A stretch of 35,825 nt of DNA, from positions 1-35,825 of the forward strand of contig JAZGFI010000217.1 of NCBI GenBank assembly GCA_036479435.1, written 5' to 3'. This stretch comes from Planctomycetota bacterium (GTDB lineage: Bacteria; Planctomycetota; GCA-002687715; DRQF01). The notes under the pieces were generated by a model that saw nothing but the letters and a program-made list of their open reading frames with translations, was not told the origin of the DNA and made no database searches. Below are positions 8,946 through 16,631 of this stretch, one piece after another (within the stretch, counting starts at the first letter, position 1; every line of letters begins with the position of its first letter). The translations under genes were made by a program, and so were the position numbers.

Positions 8946-9284
8946 ATGTTCGAAGCCCAAATTCTCAACAACAACAGCGCTGCCTTCAGTCCGTGGATGC
9001 CACGCGGCGGAGACAACATCACCTTCACCTTTGAGATCATCGACAAGCTTTTGTCTCAGGATTTCCAGGTGCAGCTGTTTGAGAAAAACAGCGAGGAAAC
9101 CGGTGACGGTACGGCGGTAGGATCCGAGCCCCTCGGCAGCCAAAGCATTGGACTTCATGCCGCGACCAAAACGGGGATGAAGGAACTCGTCCGCTACAAG
9201 TACAGCTTCAAAGGAGCGGTACCGGGCGATTGGGTGTTGTTTCGGATCTTGCCTCCGGTTTGGTTCGATGACGTCAAGGCCTAG
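8946..9284 (+). CDS. hypothetical protein, MFEAQ paralog 1 (112 aa)
   Basis: SD GAGAGG before ATG 8946. Shares MFEAQxLN, FSPWMxRxGDN, FxKN, ELVRY and DWVLFRxLxPVW with 9668 and 10027. Confidence 0.88.
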   Translation: MFEAQILNNNSAAFSPWMPRGGDNITFTFEIIDKLLSQDFQVQLFEKNSEETGDGTAVGSEPLGSQSIGLHAATKTGMKELVRYKYSFKGAVPGDWVLFRILPPVWFDDVKA

Positions 9285-9299
9285 GAGGGAGGGCATCTA

Positions 9300-9512
9300 A
9301 TGTCTGAATCTTTTGAGCCTGAAAAAGGCCGAGGAGCGATCTTCAGCGACTATTTCCCCCGAGTCAGCGAAGACGTTTCACACAGGCCCGAGATGGCAGG
9401 CCAACTACCTGGCTCAAGGTTTGCCTTCTTCGATGAAGACCGAAGGATCACGGGGTTCTTTTGTCTTGGCGATGACGGCGACGGTCCACGAGTAAGACCC
9501 GAGGACGACTGA
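9300..9512 (+). CDS. small hypothetical protein, possibly a degenerate MFEAQ relative (70 aa)
   Basis: Strong SD AGGAGG immediately after the paralog-1 stop. GAIFSDYFPRVSED aligns weakly with SAAFSPWMPRGGDN. Confidence 0.5.
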   Translation: MSESFEPEKGRGAIFSDYFPRVSEDVSHRPEMAGQLPGSRFAFFDEDRRITGFFCLGDDGDGPRVRPEDD

Positions 9513-9667
9513 ACAAACACCGAGTACCAAGACCAAGGTGCTGGCGAAGACCGGCGGTCAGATCCGGCCAACATCGGGCGGCTCGGGCTCGAAACGACGG
9601 AGACTATAACTCGATTGTGAATGGCAACCCGGCGTGCGCATCGCGCGCCTAAATAGGAGAGAAGGAA

Positions 9668-10015
9668 ATGTTCGAAGCTCAATTACTCAACTACAACAGC
9701 AAGGTCTTCAGTCCTTGGATGGCGCGCGGCGGTGACAACCTCGTGTTCAGCGCGGAGGTCATCGACAAGAACCTAACGTCAGCTTTCACGATTCAACTCT
9801 TCGAGAAGAATACCGAAACCACCGGGTCCGGGGACCCGGTTGCTGGCGGGCCAACGCTGGATTTTACGACCGCCGTAAGCAAGACATCGAGCCCGGCTGA
9901 GGGCCTTAAGGAACTCGTTCGCTACGAGTTTTCGTTTACAGCCACCGGAGCCTCTGGCGATTGGGTTCTCTTTCGCATGTTGGCGCCAGTCTGGTACAAC
10001 GCGGTTAAGGCTTAA
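9668..10015 (+). CDS. hypothetical protein, MFEAQ paralog 2 (115 aa)
   Basis: SD AGGAG/AAGGA; same conserved blocks as paralogs 1 and 3. Confidence 0.9.
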   Translation: MFEAQLLNYNSKVFSPWMARGGDNLVFSAEVIDKNLTSAFTIQLFEKNTETTGSGDPVAGGPTLDFTTAVSKTSSPAEGLKELVRYEFSFTATGASGDWVLFRMLAPVWYNAVKA

Positions 10016-10026
10016 GGAGGTGGCTG

Positions 10027-10368
10027 ATGTTTGAAGCCCAACTCCTGAACAAAGGTTCCGTGGTCTTCAGCCCATGGATGAACCGCCGCGGCGACAATCT
10101 GATTGTCACGCTTGATCTTGTGGATAAGTCCTCGAAGGGGCAGTTGACCGTCAAAGTGTTTCACAAAAACACCGACGATCCCGGTGATGGCGTCAATGCT
10201 GATGCCACCACCACGATCACCGGGGACTTGGTGGGTCGGCTCTCCGACGAATGGAACGGTCTCGAGGAGATGGTCCGCTATCGCTTCGAAGTGACCAAGC
10301 AAGGGAGCAGCGATTGGGTGCTGTTTCGGATGCTCTCGCCGGTTTGGTTTGATGATGCCAAGGCTTAG
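10027..10368 (+). CDS. hypothetical protein, MFEAQ paralog 3 (113 aa)
   Basis: Perfect SD TAAGGAGGT overlapping the previous stop; same conserved blocks. Confidence 0.9.
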   Translation: MFEAQLLNKGSVVFSPWMNRRGDNLIVTLDLVDKSSKGQLTVKVFHKNTDDPGDGVNADATTTITGDLVGRLSDEWNGLEEMVRYRFEVTKQGSSDWVLFRMLSPVWFDDAKA

Positions 10369-10382
10369 AATAGGAACTTAGC

Positions 10383-11573
10383 ATGTTCGACATTCCAGGA
10401 TACCCATTGACGCACGGCGGCTACGGCGGCCCGAGTGGTGGCGGCGCTTCCAGTGGCTTTGCACCTATACCCGGAACATCGGCGGGCGTCGCATCGGCAA
10501 TGGGCGTGTCGAGCTTCGACGCTGGCGGTGGCGCGTCCTACGAACCTTCGGGTGTTGGAACGACGTCTTCCGGGTCATGTTGTGGCGGAAATTGCGGTGG
10601 CGGTTGTGGCTGCGATTGCTCCAGTGATTCCGGGTGTTCTTGCAATTTCGATGGTGAGACCGATATTGCTGGCATTCCGGGGGTTCTTGGTGGCGGCATG
10701 AGTGGTTCGGGCAGGGGCCACGGTGCATCAGGTGGCGCAACCGCATCTGACCCGCCACCTGGCGGACAAGAAGAGGCGTCTTCTGGAATTATTGGTTCGA
10801 CTCAGGGCACGCCGCGAATAGGTCCAATCTCTACAGGATCACAGAGGAATCCTGACGGGAGCGTCTCATTTGCGCGAGAGTTAACTTGTGGATCAAAGGC
10901 AGAGGAGGATTTTGATTTTGGAACTCCCCTTTGGGTAGACAACGAGTATTTCGCCGCTGGACAGCCCAGAGCTTTTGGACACCATGATCGTAGGGAGCTG
11001 ATGCGAAGAGCTATTAGCCGACGCCTGAAGGTCACTTGTGTGTGTCCAGCGCCTCTTCTGCCATCATCTGACTGTAAACCCGGCTCATTTTCCTGGACGC
11101 CTAGCGACCCCAGCATTCTCAATCCCCTGTATTTCGACAGCGGTTTGACCGGGGCTGCCTCAGGATTCAACATAGTTGTCGGGGCGCTTAGCGTGCTTTC
11201 AGGACTTGGAGCGCCTTCGGATAACGGAACTAGTTTCGGGACCCCAGGAATGATAGGATCCACGGATGTTTGGAGGCTGATTCCGAAGCTGAAAGTCGAG
11301 ATGTCATGCGGTGGGAAATGTGTGATTGGCGGAACTGGCAGTGGAGGTGGTTTTTCTCCTTCCGGTGGTAGTACCGGTGGCTCTGGTGGAGGCATCAGCG
11401 GGGCTATTAATACTATTGTGGAGATCGAAAAAAAGAGGGCGCGCCGTTCTGACGCGTTCATCAAGGATCAAAATCGACGGCTCTCAGGAGATCCGGAGCG
11501 CCCACCGAGGGTGGGAGAGTCGTTTGGCAGCATGGTAAATAATTTGCTTGGATTCAATCTGTTTCCAGATTGA
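10383..11573 (+). CDS. Gly/Ser-rich hypothetical protein with an 8-cysteine cluster
   Basis: 396-aa ORF 14 bp after paralog 3, with AGGA SD. Motif CCGGNCGGGCGCDCSSDSGCSC, further Cys in the C-terminal half, no signal peptide evident. Confidence 0.75.
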   Translation: MFDIPGYPLTHGGYGGPSGGGASSGFAPIPGTSAGVASAMGVSSFDAGGGASYEPSGVGTTSSGSCCGGNCGGGCGCDCSSDSGCSCNFDGETDIAGIPGVLGGGMSGSGRGHGASGGATASDPPPGGQEEASSGIIGSTQGTPRIGPISTGSQRNPDGSVSFARELTCGSKAEEDFDFGTPLWVDNEYFAAGQPRAFGHHDRRELMRRAISRRLKVTCVCPAPLLPSSDCKPGSFSWTPSDPSILNPLYFDSGLTGAASGFNIVVGALSVLSGLGAPSDNGTSFGTPGMIGSTDVWRLIPKLKVEMSCGGKCVIGGTGSGGGFSPSGGSTGGSGGGISGAINTIVEIEKKRARRSDAFIKDQNRRLSGDPERPPRVGESFGSMVNNLLGFNLFPD

Positions 11574-12762
11574 CGAGACGTCATTGGTTCGTTTCAGAGA
11601 GGCCAGATTAATAGGCTCAAAACTGCGCACGACATGGTGCTACTGCGGGTCTTGGTGCAATTTGAATGTAGTTGTCGCGGAGGTTCCAATCTTGATCGCT
11701 GCTACTCTTTTATCAGATTCGAAAGGCAGTGAGAGAGTTCATTTTTCATCGCCTAATCCGCTTTGGTCCAAGAACCGAGGGTGTGTTTCCAGTATTGGCA
11801 TTGCGACAATAAAGGCAGCGGCCAAGCTGTTTGTTTACATCGTCTTGTTTTTCTTGGGAGCATGCGGCGATCAAGAAGTTGACTCCACTATCAAGGCAGA
11901 ATCCAATAGAGGTCAACGCAGCGGTATCGTGGACGCTCGTACTGAGTGTAAATTGGTTGCCGAAGTGCTGGATTCAGGCGAAAAGTGTGCTGCAATTGAT
12001 CCCCAGCGCATCAGTGAAGTAAACGCGATTCTTCGTGAGTGTATTGGGGCTGAAGACGGGTACGCTGAGTTGCGTCTACTTAAGAATGGCACGATTCGAC
12101 TGGTAGCTTCAGATTCGGCGCTCTTGACGGAAGCTCTTGCGATCTTGACATCGGCAGGATCAATTGTAATTCGAGTAGTAGAACGCAATTGGGTGAATAA
12201 CCGGATTAGTAGCGACGATTTGGAACGCTACAAAGTTGGGATTCCTCGATCTCAGGGATCTATGTTTCCTGATTTACCAACTCCACTTACGATTGAGGAA
12301 TCTCTCAGATTCCGAACAAAATGGGGGCAGATATTGGCTCAAGACCCGAACAGTCGTGACATGTCGGAGATCGAACCACTTAATTGGTTTCGACTCGATG
12401 CACCGCTTGATTCGCTCAATACAGATTCCGGAGCGGATATCCTCGAGTTGAGGGGAATCACCTCTGCTCGGGTTATTCCTGATCGCCATGTTACCGTTTC
12501 GGAGTATCCAATGTCCGCGTTGCTGTTGACGATGAACAAGCGTTTGGCAAAAGAACATCGATCATTCTTCCTGAAGCATTTCAACCGAAGTGTTGTAACG
12601 CTATTTCGAGGGTTCATCGTAATGCAGTTTTTCGTTCTTAGAGTTCCTGAGATTGGAAATGAGGGCATCAATATTAGCGTCCCCAAAGATGGTGTTCGTG
12701 AGGTGCAGTTCTTTGGGGCTTTACGCATCCAGGCTATGGGAATCCGATTTACAGTTGAGTAG
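11548..12762 (+). CDS. putative lipoprotein with a SecD/SecF periplasmic P1-like domain (true start uncertain, probably downstream of 11548)
   Basis: Lipobox LFVYIVLFFLGAC near 11830-11866. EVNAILRECIG..GYAE..KNGTIRLV..EALAILTSAGSIVIRVV and ITSARV..ALLLTMNKRLAK..NRSVVTLFRG..PEIGNEGINIS resemble the SecD P1 base and head by eye. No SecD transmembrane segments. Confidence 0.55.
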   Translation: MDSICFQIDETSLVRFREARLIGSKLRTTWCYCGSWCNLNVVVAEVPILIAATLLSDSKGSERVHFSSPNPLWSKNRGCVSSIGIATIKAAAKLFVYIVLFFLGACGDQEVDSTIKAESNRGQRSGIVDARTECKLVAEVLDSGEKCAAIDPQRISEVNAILRECIGAEDGYAELRLLKNGTIRLVASDSALLTEALAILTSAGSIVIRVVERNWVNNRISSDDLERYKVGIPRSQGSMFPDLPTPLTIEESLRFRTKWGQILAQDPNSRDMSEIEPLNWFRLDAPLDSLNTDSGADILELRGITSARVIPDRHVTVSEYPMSALLLTMNKRLAKEHRSFFLKHFNRSVVTLFRGFIVMQFFVLRVPEIGNEGINISVPKDGVREVQFFGALRIQAMGIRFTVE

Positions 12763-12817
12763 TAAGTGGTGTGCGTCCTGTGGTTCCCGAAAACTCAAAA
12801 CGGGTTCCCAGGGATAC

Positions 12818-12887
12818 TGTGCCAGTCGTAATTCTCCCGCTTTACTGAGTCTCGCTGGCATCTTTGGAGGCTCGTCGGTCTGCAAGA
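12818..12887. repeat. right half of the split non-coding element
   Basis: 48/70 ungapped identity to 5205-5274. Mismatches are spread evenly over codon positions (8/6/8), arguing against coding constraint. Confidence 0.7.
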
Positions 12888-12988
12888 CAAGCGTGAGTTT
12901 CTCCGGCTCGGTCGGCAAGTCTTGGCTGCCTTCGGGCGCGAGTTGACTTGAGGCTGGGCGCGAGCCGGAGGCCGTCAAGGAAGTGCGG

Positions 12989-14233
12989 TTAGCGAAGCGC
13001 TTGGAGGATGACGACGTCTTGGGGTTGTGCCTCGCGTGGCTCGGCCAGCTGGTAGCGGGCGGAAAAGAGTGACTGAAGGTCGATGTTTCTGCCGACGATG
13101 ACGACCTCGGGGATGTCGAAGTAGTCGCTGCGCTCTGCGAGTTCCTTGGCTTCGTCCATGTCGGTAACGAGGCGAGTTTGATGGCCGGGATGATGGCCTC
13201 GACCTTCGTAGTAGCGATAGAGGTGGCGGTCGGAGCCGGCCAAGAGGACCCAGGCGCGTTGGTCGACGCCGGTTGCTAACCAATCCAAACTTGTGCGCGG
13301 GTCGAATGGCTCCTGGTCATCAGTGGTGGATTGCCAACTGCCCGCTAAGGCTAGGGCCAAGAGCAAAGCCAAGGCAATGAAGATCCGTCGGCGGACCTTC
13401 GGGGCTGACGCTGGCCCGAAAGACTCGGCTACGAGGAGTGAAAGTGGCGGCAGCAGGGCGCTGACCCAAAAGTCGGGTGGGGATTGAAGGTGGATGCCGG
13501 ACTTCACGCTGAGCCAAAAACTCGCGAGGGGGATGGCGAAGATGAGGGCGTTGCCGAGGGCGCGTTTGCCGCCAAGGGCGAGCAGCCCGAAAGCTGCGCC
13601 GGAGAAGATCAGCATCTGTGCGGTGCCGGACATCGTGGCGGGCCACAAGCCGTGACCGGGGGCGAGGCGGGATAGCGCAGTGCTGACTTCTTGGTTGTTG
13701 GGATCCCCGCCGGTGGCGAGGAAATAGGGAGTGAGGGCTACTCCCAGACCCACGAGCCCGGCGACCCCGCGCCGACCCAAGACGGGAAGGCTCCAGGTCA
13801 AAAAGGCTGTGCTCAGACTGGCGGCGAAGAAGAAGGGGGCAGATAAGCCGATGCCGGTGCCGTCGAGGAACGCGACGGGCCAGGCGACGGCGGCGATCAT
13901 CGCGGCCGCGGCCCCGCGCTCGCCAAGTTGACGGTAGGCCGCCAAGCCACAGCAACCGGCGCCAGCCCATAGGCAAAGCAGCGAGAGTGAGCGCGAGGCT
14001 TTTTCTAAGGTTCCCGCCCATTGTGACCAAAAGGACTGGAGGCGGGCCGGGATGCTTGGGTTTTCATGCATCTCGAGGAGAAACTGGGCTTCTTCAGGGG
14101 TGAGTTGGCGACGCCACAGGATGAGGCCAAGCAAGATCCCTAAGGCCACCCAAAGCGCGAACGCTCGCCAGGGAGTGTGGCTTGCCGGTGCCATGAGAGG
14201 TTCGGCGGCAGACTCGGCCGTATTCTTCGACAT
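12989..14233 (-). CDS. polytopic membrane protein, probable GT-C (ArnT/PMT-like) glycosyltransferase
   Basis: About 10 hydrophobic segments followed by a soluble C-terminal domain. RSLSLLCLWAG..AYRQLGERGAAAAM pattern is ArnT-like, and the gene is divergent from the GT operon. Start placed at ATG 14233 (MSKNT) with AAGGGAG upstream. Confidence 0.55.
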   Translation of the reverse strand: MSKNTAESAAEPLMAPASHTPWRAFALWVALGILLGLILWRRQLTPEEAQFLLEMHENPSIPARLQSFWSQWAGTLEKASRSLSLLCLWAGAGCCGLAAYRQLGERGAAAAMIAAVAWPVAFLDGTGIGLSAPFFFAASLSTAFLTWSLPVLGRRGVAGLVGLGVALTPYFLATGGDPNNQEVSTALSRLAPGHGLWPATMSGTAQMLIFSGAAFGLLALGGKRALGNALIFAIPLASFWLSVKSGIHLQSPPDFWVSALLPPLSLLVAESFGPASAPKVRRRIFIALALLLALALAGSWQSTTDDQEPFDPRTSLDWLATGVDQRAWVLLAGSDRHLYRYYEGRGHHPGHQTRLVTDMDEAKELAERSDYFDIPEVVIVGRNIDLQSLFSARYQLAEPREAQPQDVVILQALR

Positions 14234-14539
14234 GAACTCTGAGCATCTCCCTTGGAAAGCGCCCCTGGCGCGGTTTGGCGCGGCTCGGGCTAGGGCGTAG
14301 ACTGCGAACGCTGGTCTTTTTGACCGGTGGCCACGCCTTGGGTGGATTCTTAACGACGCGGGGGGCGGTCGTCCAGCGGTCCTGGGCTTGGGTGTTGCCG
14401 AGCTCTTGGCCCCTAGTGTACGGGACGCGGACTCCCGCAAGTTCTTGCCCAAGAGCAGTCAAGAGGCCTCGAATGTCGAAGATCTAGGCTGGGTCGCGGC
14501 CAATCCTGTCCTGTCACCCACGGTGGAGTCGGTGTTTTC

Positions 14540-15835
14540 GTGAACTTGGTTTTCATCAAACTCGTCGAGCAGATTCAGTTCGATTCCGAAACGGCCCAGC
14601 TGGCGGCGATTGCCAAACAATATGGCGCTGCGGTGGAAGTTGTCACCACGGACTATGGCAGCGACGAAAAAGCCCTGCTGGGCCGGATCATCGCGAGCGC
14701 TCCCGATTGGATTGCCTTGCGGCTAACGCGGCAGACTTTCGAGGCTCAGGCGCATGTGCTCCAGACTTTGCGGAAGCAGGGGGTTACGGCCGCCGTTGCG
14801 ATCTATGGGCCCTTGGTCCTCGATGATCCCGAGTTGGCGAGACAGCTTGGAGGAGAAGAGGAAGCCGCAAGACTGCTGGTTTTGAGCGGTATCTCGGAGT
14901 TCACCTTCGTGCGAGCTCTCGGGGCGGCCGCCGCGCCGAGCGAAGCTCCAGATTCGGCGGCTTCAGAAATTGACGCCGCGATGTCCGCGGACGATTTCCC
15001 GAATCCCGACTTTGGGGTCTTCGGGGGGTCGGAGCTTTTTCGTCGTGGGATTGGCTGTTCGCTGTTTGCCGAGACTCAGGTGGCACCCATCGAGATCAGT
15101 GTTGGCGAGCGCAGCGAGCCTCCGGTCAATGCAGCGCTTGAGTCTTTTGTGCGTCGTTTACCGCGCGCGCTGCCCTTTAAGTTGCGATCGGAAGCGCAAC
15201 TCGCCGATCGCCTGCGGCATTTAAAGAGTGATTTTCCTCTTTTACGCGGCATCGAGATCAGAGATCTCAGTTTGCCTGTGACCTTCGCTCCGGTGTTGGG
15301 CCGGCTCATTGATGAAGTGCGGCCTCTGACTTTTTCGATGCGAGCCGATGACTACTTGACCCAGGCGGACGACATTGCCGCTTTTGCCGCCGTTGGCGTG
15401 AAGCGTTTTGTTTTTGAATGGGACGCGGTGGACTCAGCGTTTGCCGCTAAGTACAAAGGCCTGCGCGACCCGCAGAAAACGGTGCAGCTCATTGCCGCTG
15501 CCAAAAAATCTGGCTGCGAAGTTGGCGTCTTAGTCACCGCGGGCTTGCCAGGCGAAAGTGGCGCCGATATTGACGCCAAGATCGCCACTTTGCGAGCGCT
15601 TGAGGTAGATCGCGTGCGCATTTTGCCTTTCGAAGCGCGCTTTGGCGGGCCCTTGTGGTCGGTGGTTGAAGCCGGTGGCATGCAATCTAAGGCTCACGAC
15701 GCCTGGAATCGCGAGGTCTATCGCCCCTTAGTTCAAGACTCACTGCCCGCGACCCTGTGGCACGAAAAGTGGCAGCGCTGTCTCGACTACCAAGCCGAGC
15801 TTTCACAGTCTTGGTCTGAACCCGTCGGAGCCTGA
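14540..15835 (+). CDS. B12-binding/radical-SAM-like protein lacking the CxxxCxxC motif
   Basis: N-terminal LAAIAKQYG..PDWIAL..VAIYGP..LSGISE pattern of cobalamin-binding domains, then FPNPDF, PIEISVG (where SRGC normally sits), KLRSEAQL and AGLPGES. Only three dispersed Cys. Confidence 0.65.
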   Translation: MNLVFIKLVEQIQFDSETAQLAAIAKQYGAAVEVVTTDYGSDEKALLGRIIASAPDWIALRLTRQTFEAQAHVLQTLRKQGVTAAVAIYGPLVLDDPELARQLGGEEEAARLLVLSGISEFTFVRALGAAAAPSEAPDSAASEIDAAMSADDFPNPDFGVFGGSELFRRGIGCSLFAETQVAPIEISVGERSEPPVNAALESFVRRLPRALPFKLRSEAQLADRLRHLKSDFPLLRGIEIRDLSLPVTFAPVLGRLIDEVRPLTFSMRADDYLTQADDIAAFAAVGVKRFVFEWDAVDSAFAAKYKGLRDPQKTVQLIAAAKKSGCEVGVLVTAGLPGESGADIDAKIATLRALEVDRVRILPFEARFGGPLWSVVEAGGMQSKAHDAWNREVYRPLVQDSLPATLWHEKWQRCLDYQAELSQSWSEPVGA

Positions 15836-15836
15836 G

Positions 15837-16631
15837 GTGAAGGGTCTACCGAAAGAGCCACGCGTGACCACGACGGTGCCCGCCGGGCCGGTCTTGGTGT
15901 TTGCACCTCATCCCGACGATGAAATCGTCGGGCCCGGTGCGACCTTGATGAAGCATGTCGCGCAGGGAGACCAGGTAAGCGTGGTTATTATCTTTGATGG
16001 CCAGCGTGGCGACCCCGAAGGGCACTACGCCGACCAAGACCTTTGTGCCTTGCGGCAGGCCGAAAGCCGGTTGGTCGCGACTCAGTTCTTAAAGACCGAG
16101 GATGTCTTTTTTCACGCCTTTGCGGATGGGTTGACCGAAGGTGAGTTGGATCGCTTTTACCCGGGGCTTCCCGACGATCCCGAAGAGAAGCTGCCGGCTT
16201 TGCTCGATGGTCTGGCGGGGCTTTTTCGCGAACACATCGAGCGCACGAATCCCACGACGATCTACTATCCCTGGCAAGGCGAAGTCCACGCCGATCATTG
16301 GGCCTGCGCTGAGGCGATGACGCGCTTGTTGAAGGCCGATGCGGCCCGCTTCGCTGAGATCTCGGTCATGGGTTACGAAGTGTGGTCGACGCTGTTGCCG
16401 GAAGTGTTGGTTGATGTGTCGGAAGTCTTTGATCAAAAGATGGAGGCGATGAGCCTTTACCACACGCAGACTCGCTACGTCGATTATCCGAGCTTGGTGA
16501 AGGGCCTGAATCGGCACCGCAGTTACTTGATGCCGCATTCTGAAGTGCCGCACGATCGGCGCTACGCCGAGGCCTTTGTGGGTGAATTTCGGCACCTTGA
16601 GGGCGATAAAGACGCGGGTAGGACTTCATGA
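15837..16631 (+). CDS. PIG-L/LmbE family N-acetyl-sugar deacetylase
   Basis: VLVFAPHPDDE, RQAE, HADH, YEVW, KMEAMSLYHTQ and AEAF motifs. Confidence 0.9.
   Translation: MKGLPKEPRVTTTVPAGPVLVFAPHPDDEIVGPGATLMKHVAQGDQVSVVIIFDGQRGDPEGHYADQDLCALRQAESRLVATQFLKTEDVFFHAFADGLTEGELDRFYPGLPDDPEEKLPALLDGLAGLFREHIERTNPTTIYYPWQGEVHADHWACAEAMTRLLKADAARFAEISVMGYEVWSTLLPEVLVDVSEVFDQKMEAMSLYHTQTRYVDYPSLVKGLNRHRSYLMPHSEVPHDRRYAEAFVGEFRHLEGDKDAGRTS

Larger units (their letters stand above)
8711..12988. mobile_element. putative inserted islet (no recombinase encoded) between duplicated gene 3' ends
   Basis: Flanked by direct repeats 8588-8710/12989-13111 and internally by the split halves of the 5117-5274 element. 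The distal part is lower in GC (sampled lines ~45-47% vs ~60% in the GT locus). Confidence 0.55.

Noticed and set aside
8946..10368. MFEAQ paralogs as a CRISPR array or diversity-generating retroelement target
   Set aside because: The repeats are protein-coding with synonymous divergence. There are no identical short repeats with spacers, no adenine-specific TR/VR pair and no reverse transcriptase or cas gene.
12721..12978. 85-aa minus-strand ORF over the right repeat half
   Set aside because: Differences from the 5205-5274 copy show no codon-position bias, and there is no recognisable domain.
1809..12988. Integron cassette array
   Set aside because: Genes lie in both orientations, I found no RYYYAAC...GTTRRRY attC pattern after successive genes, and there is no intI.
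14234..14452. N-terminal extension of the GT-C-like ORF
   Set aside because: It is Arg/Pro-rich non-coding-like sequence in the divergent promoter region. ATG 14233 has a plausible SD.
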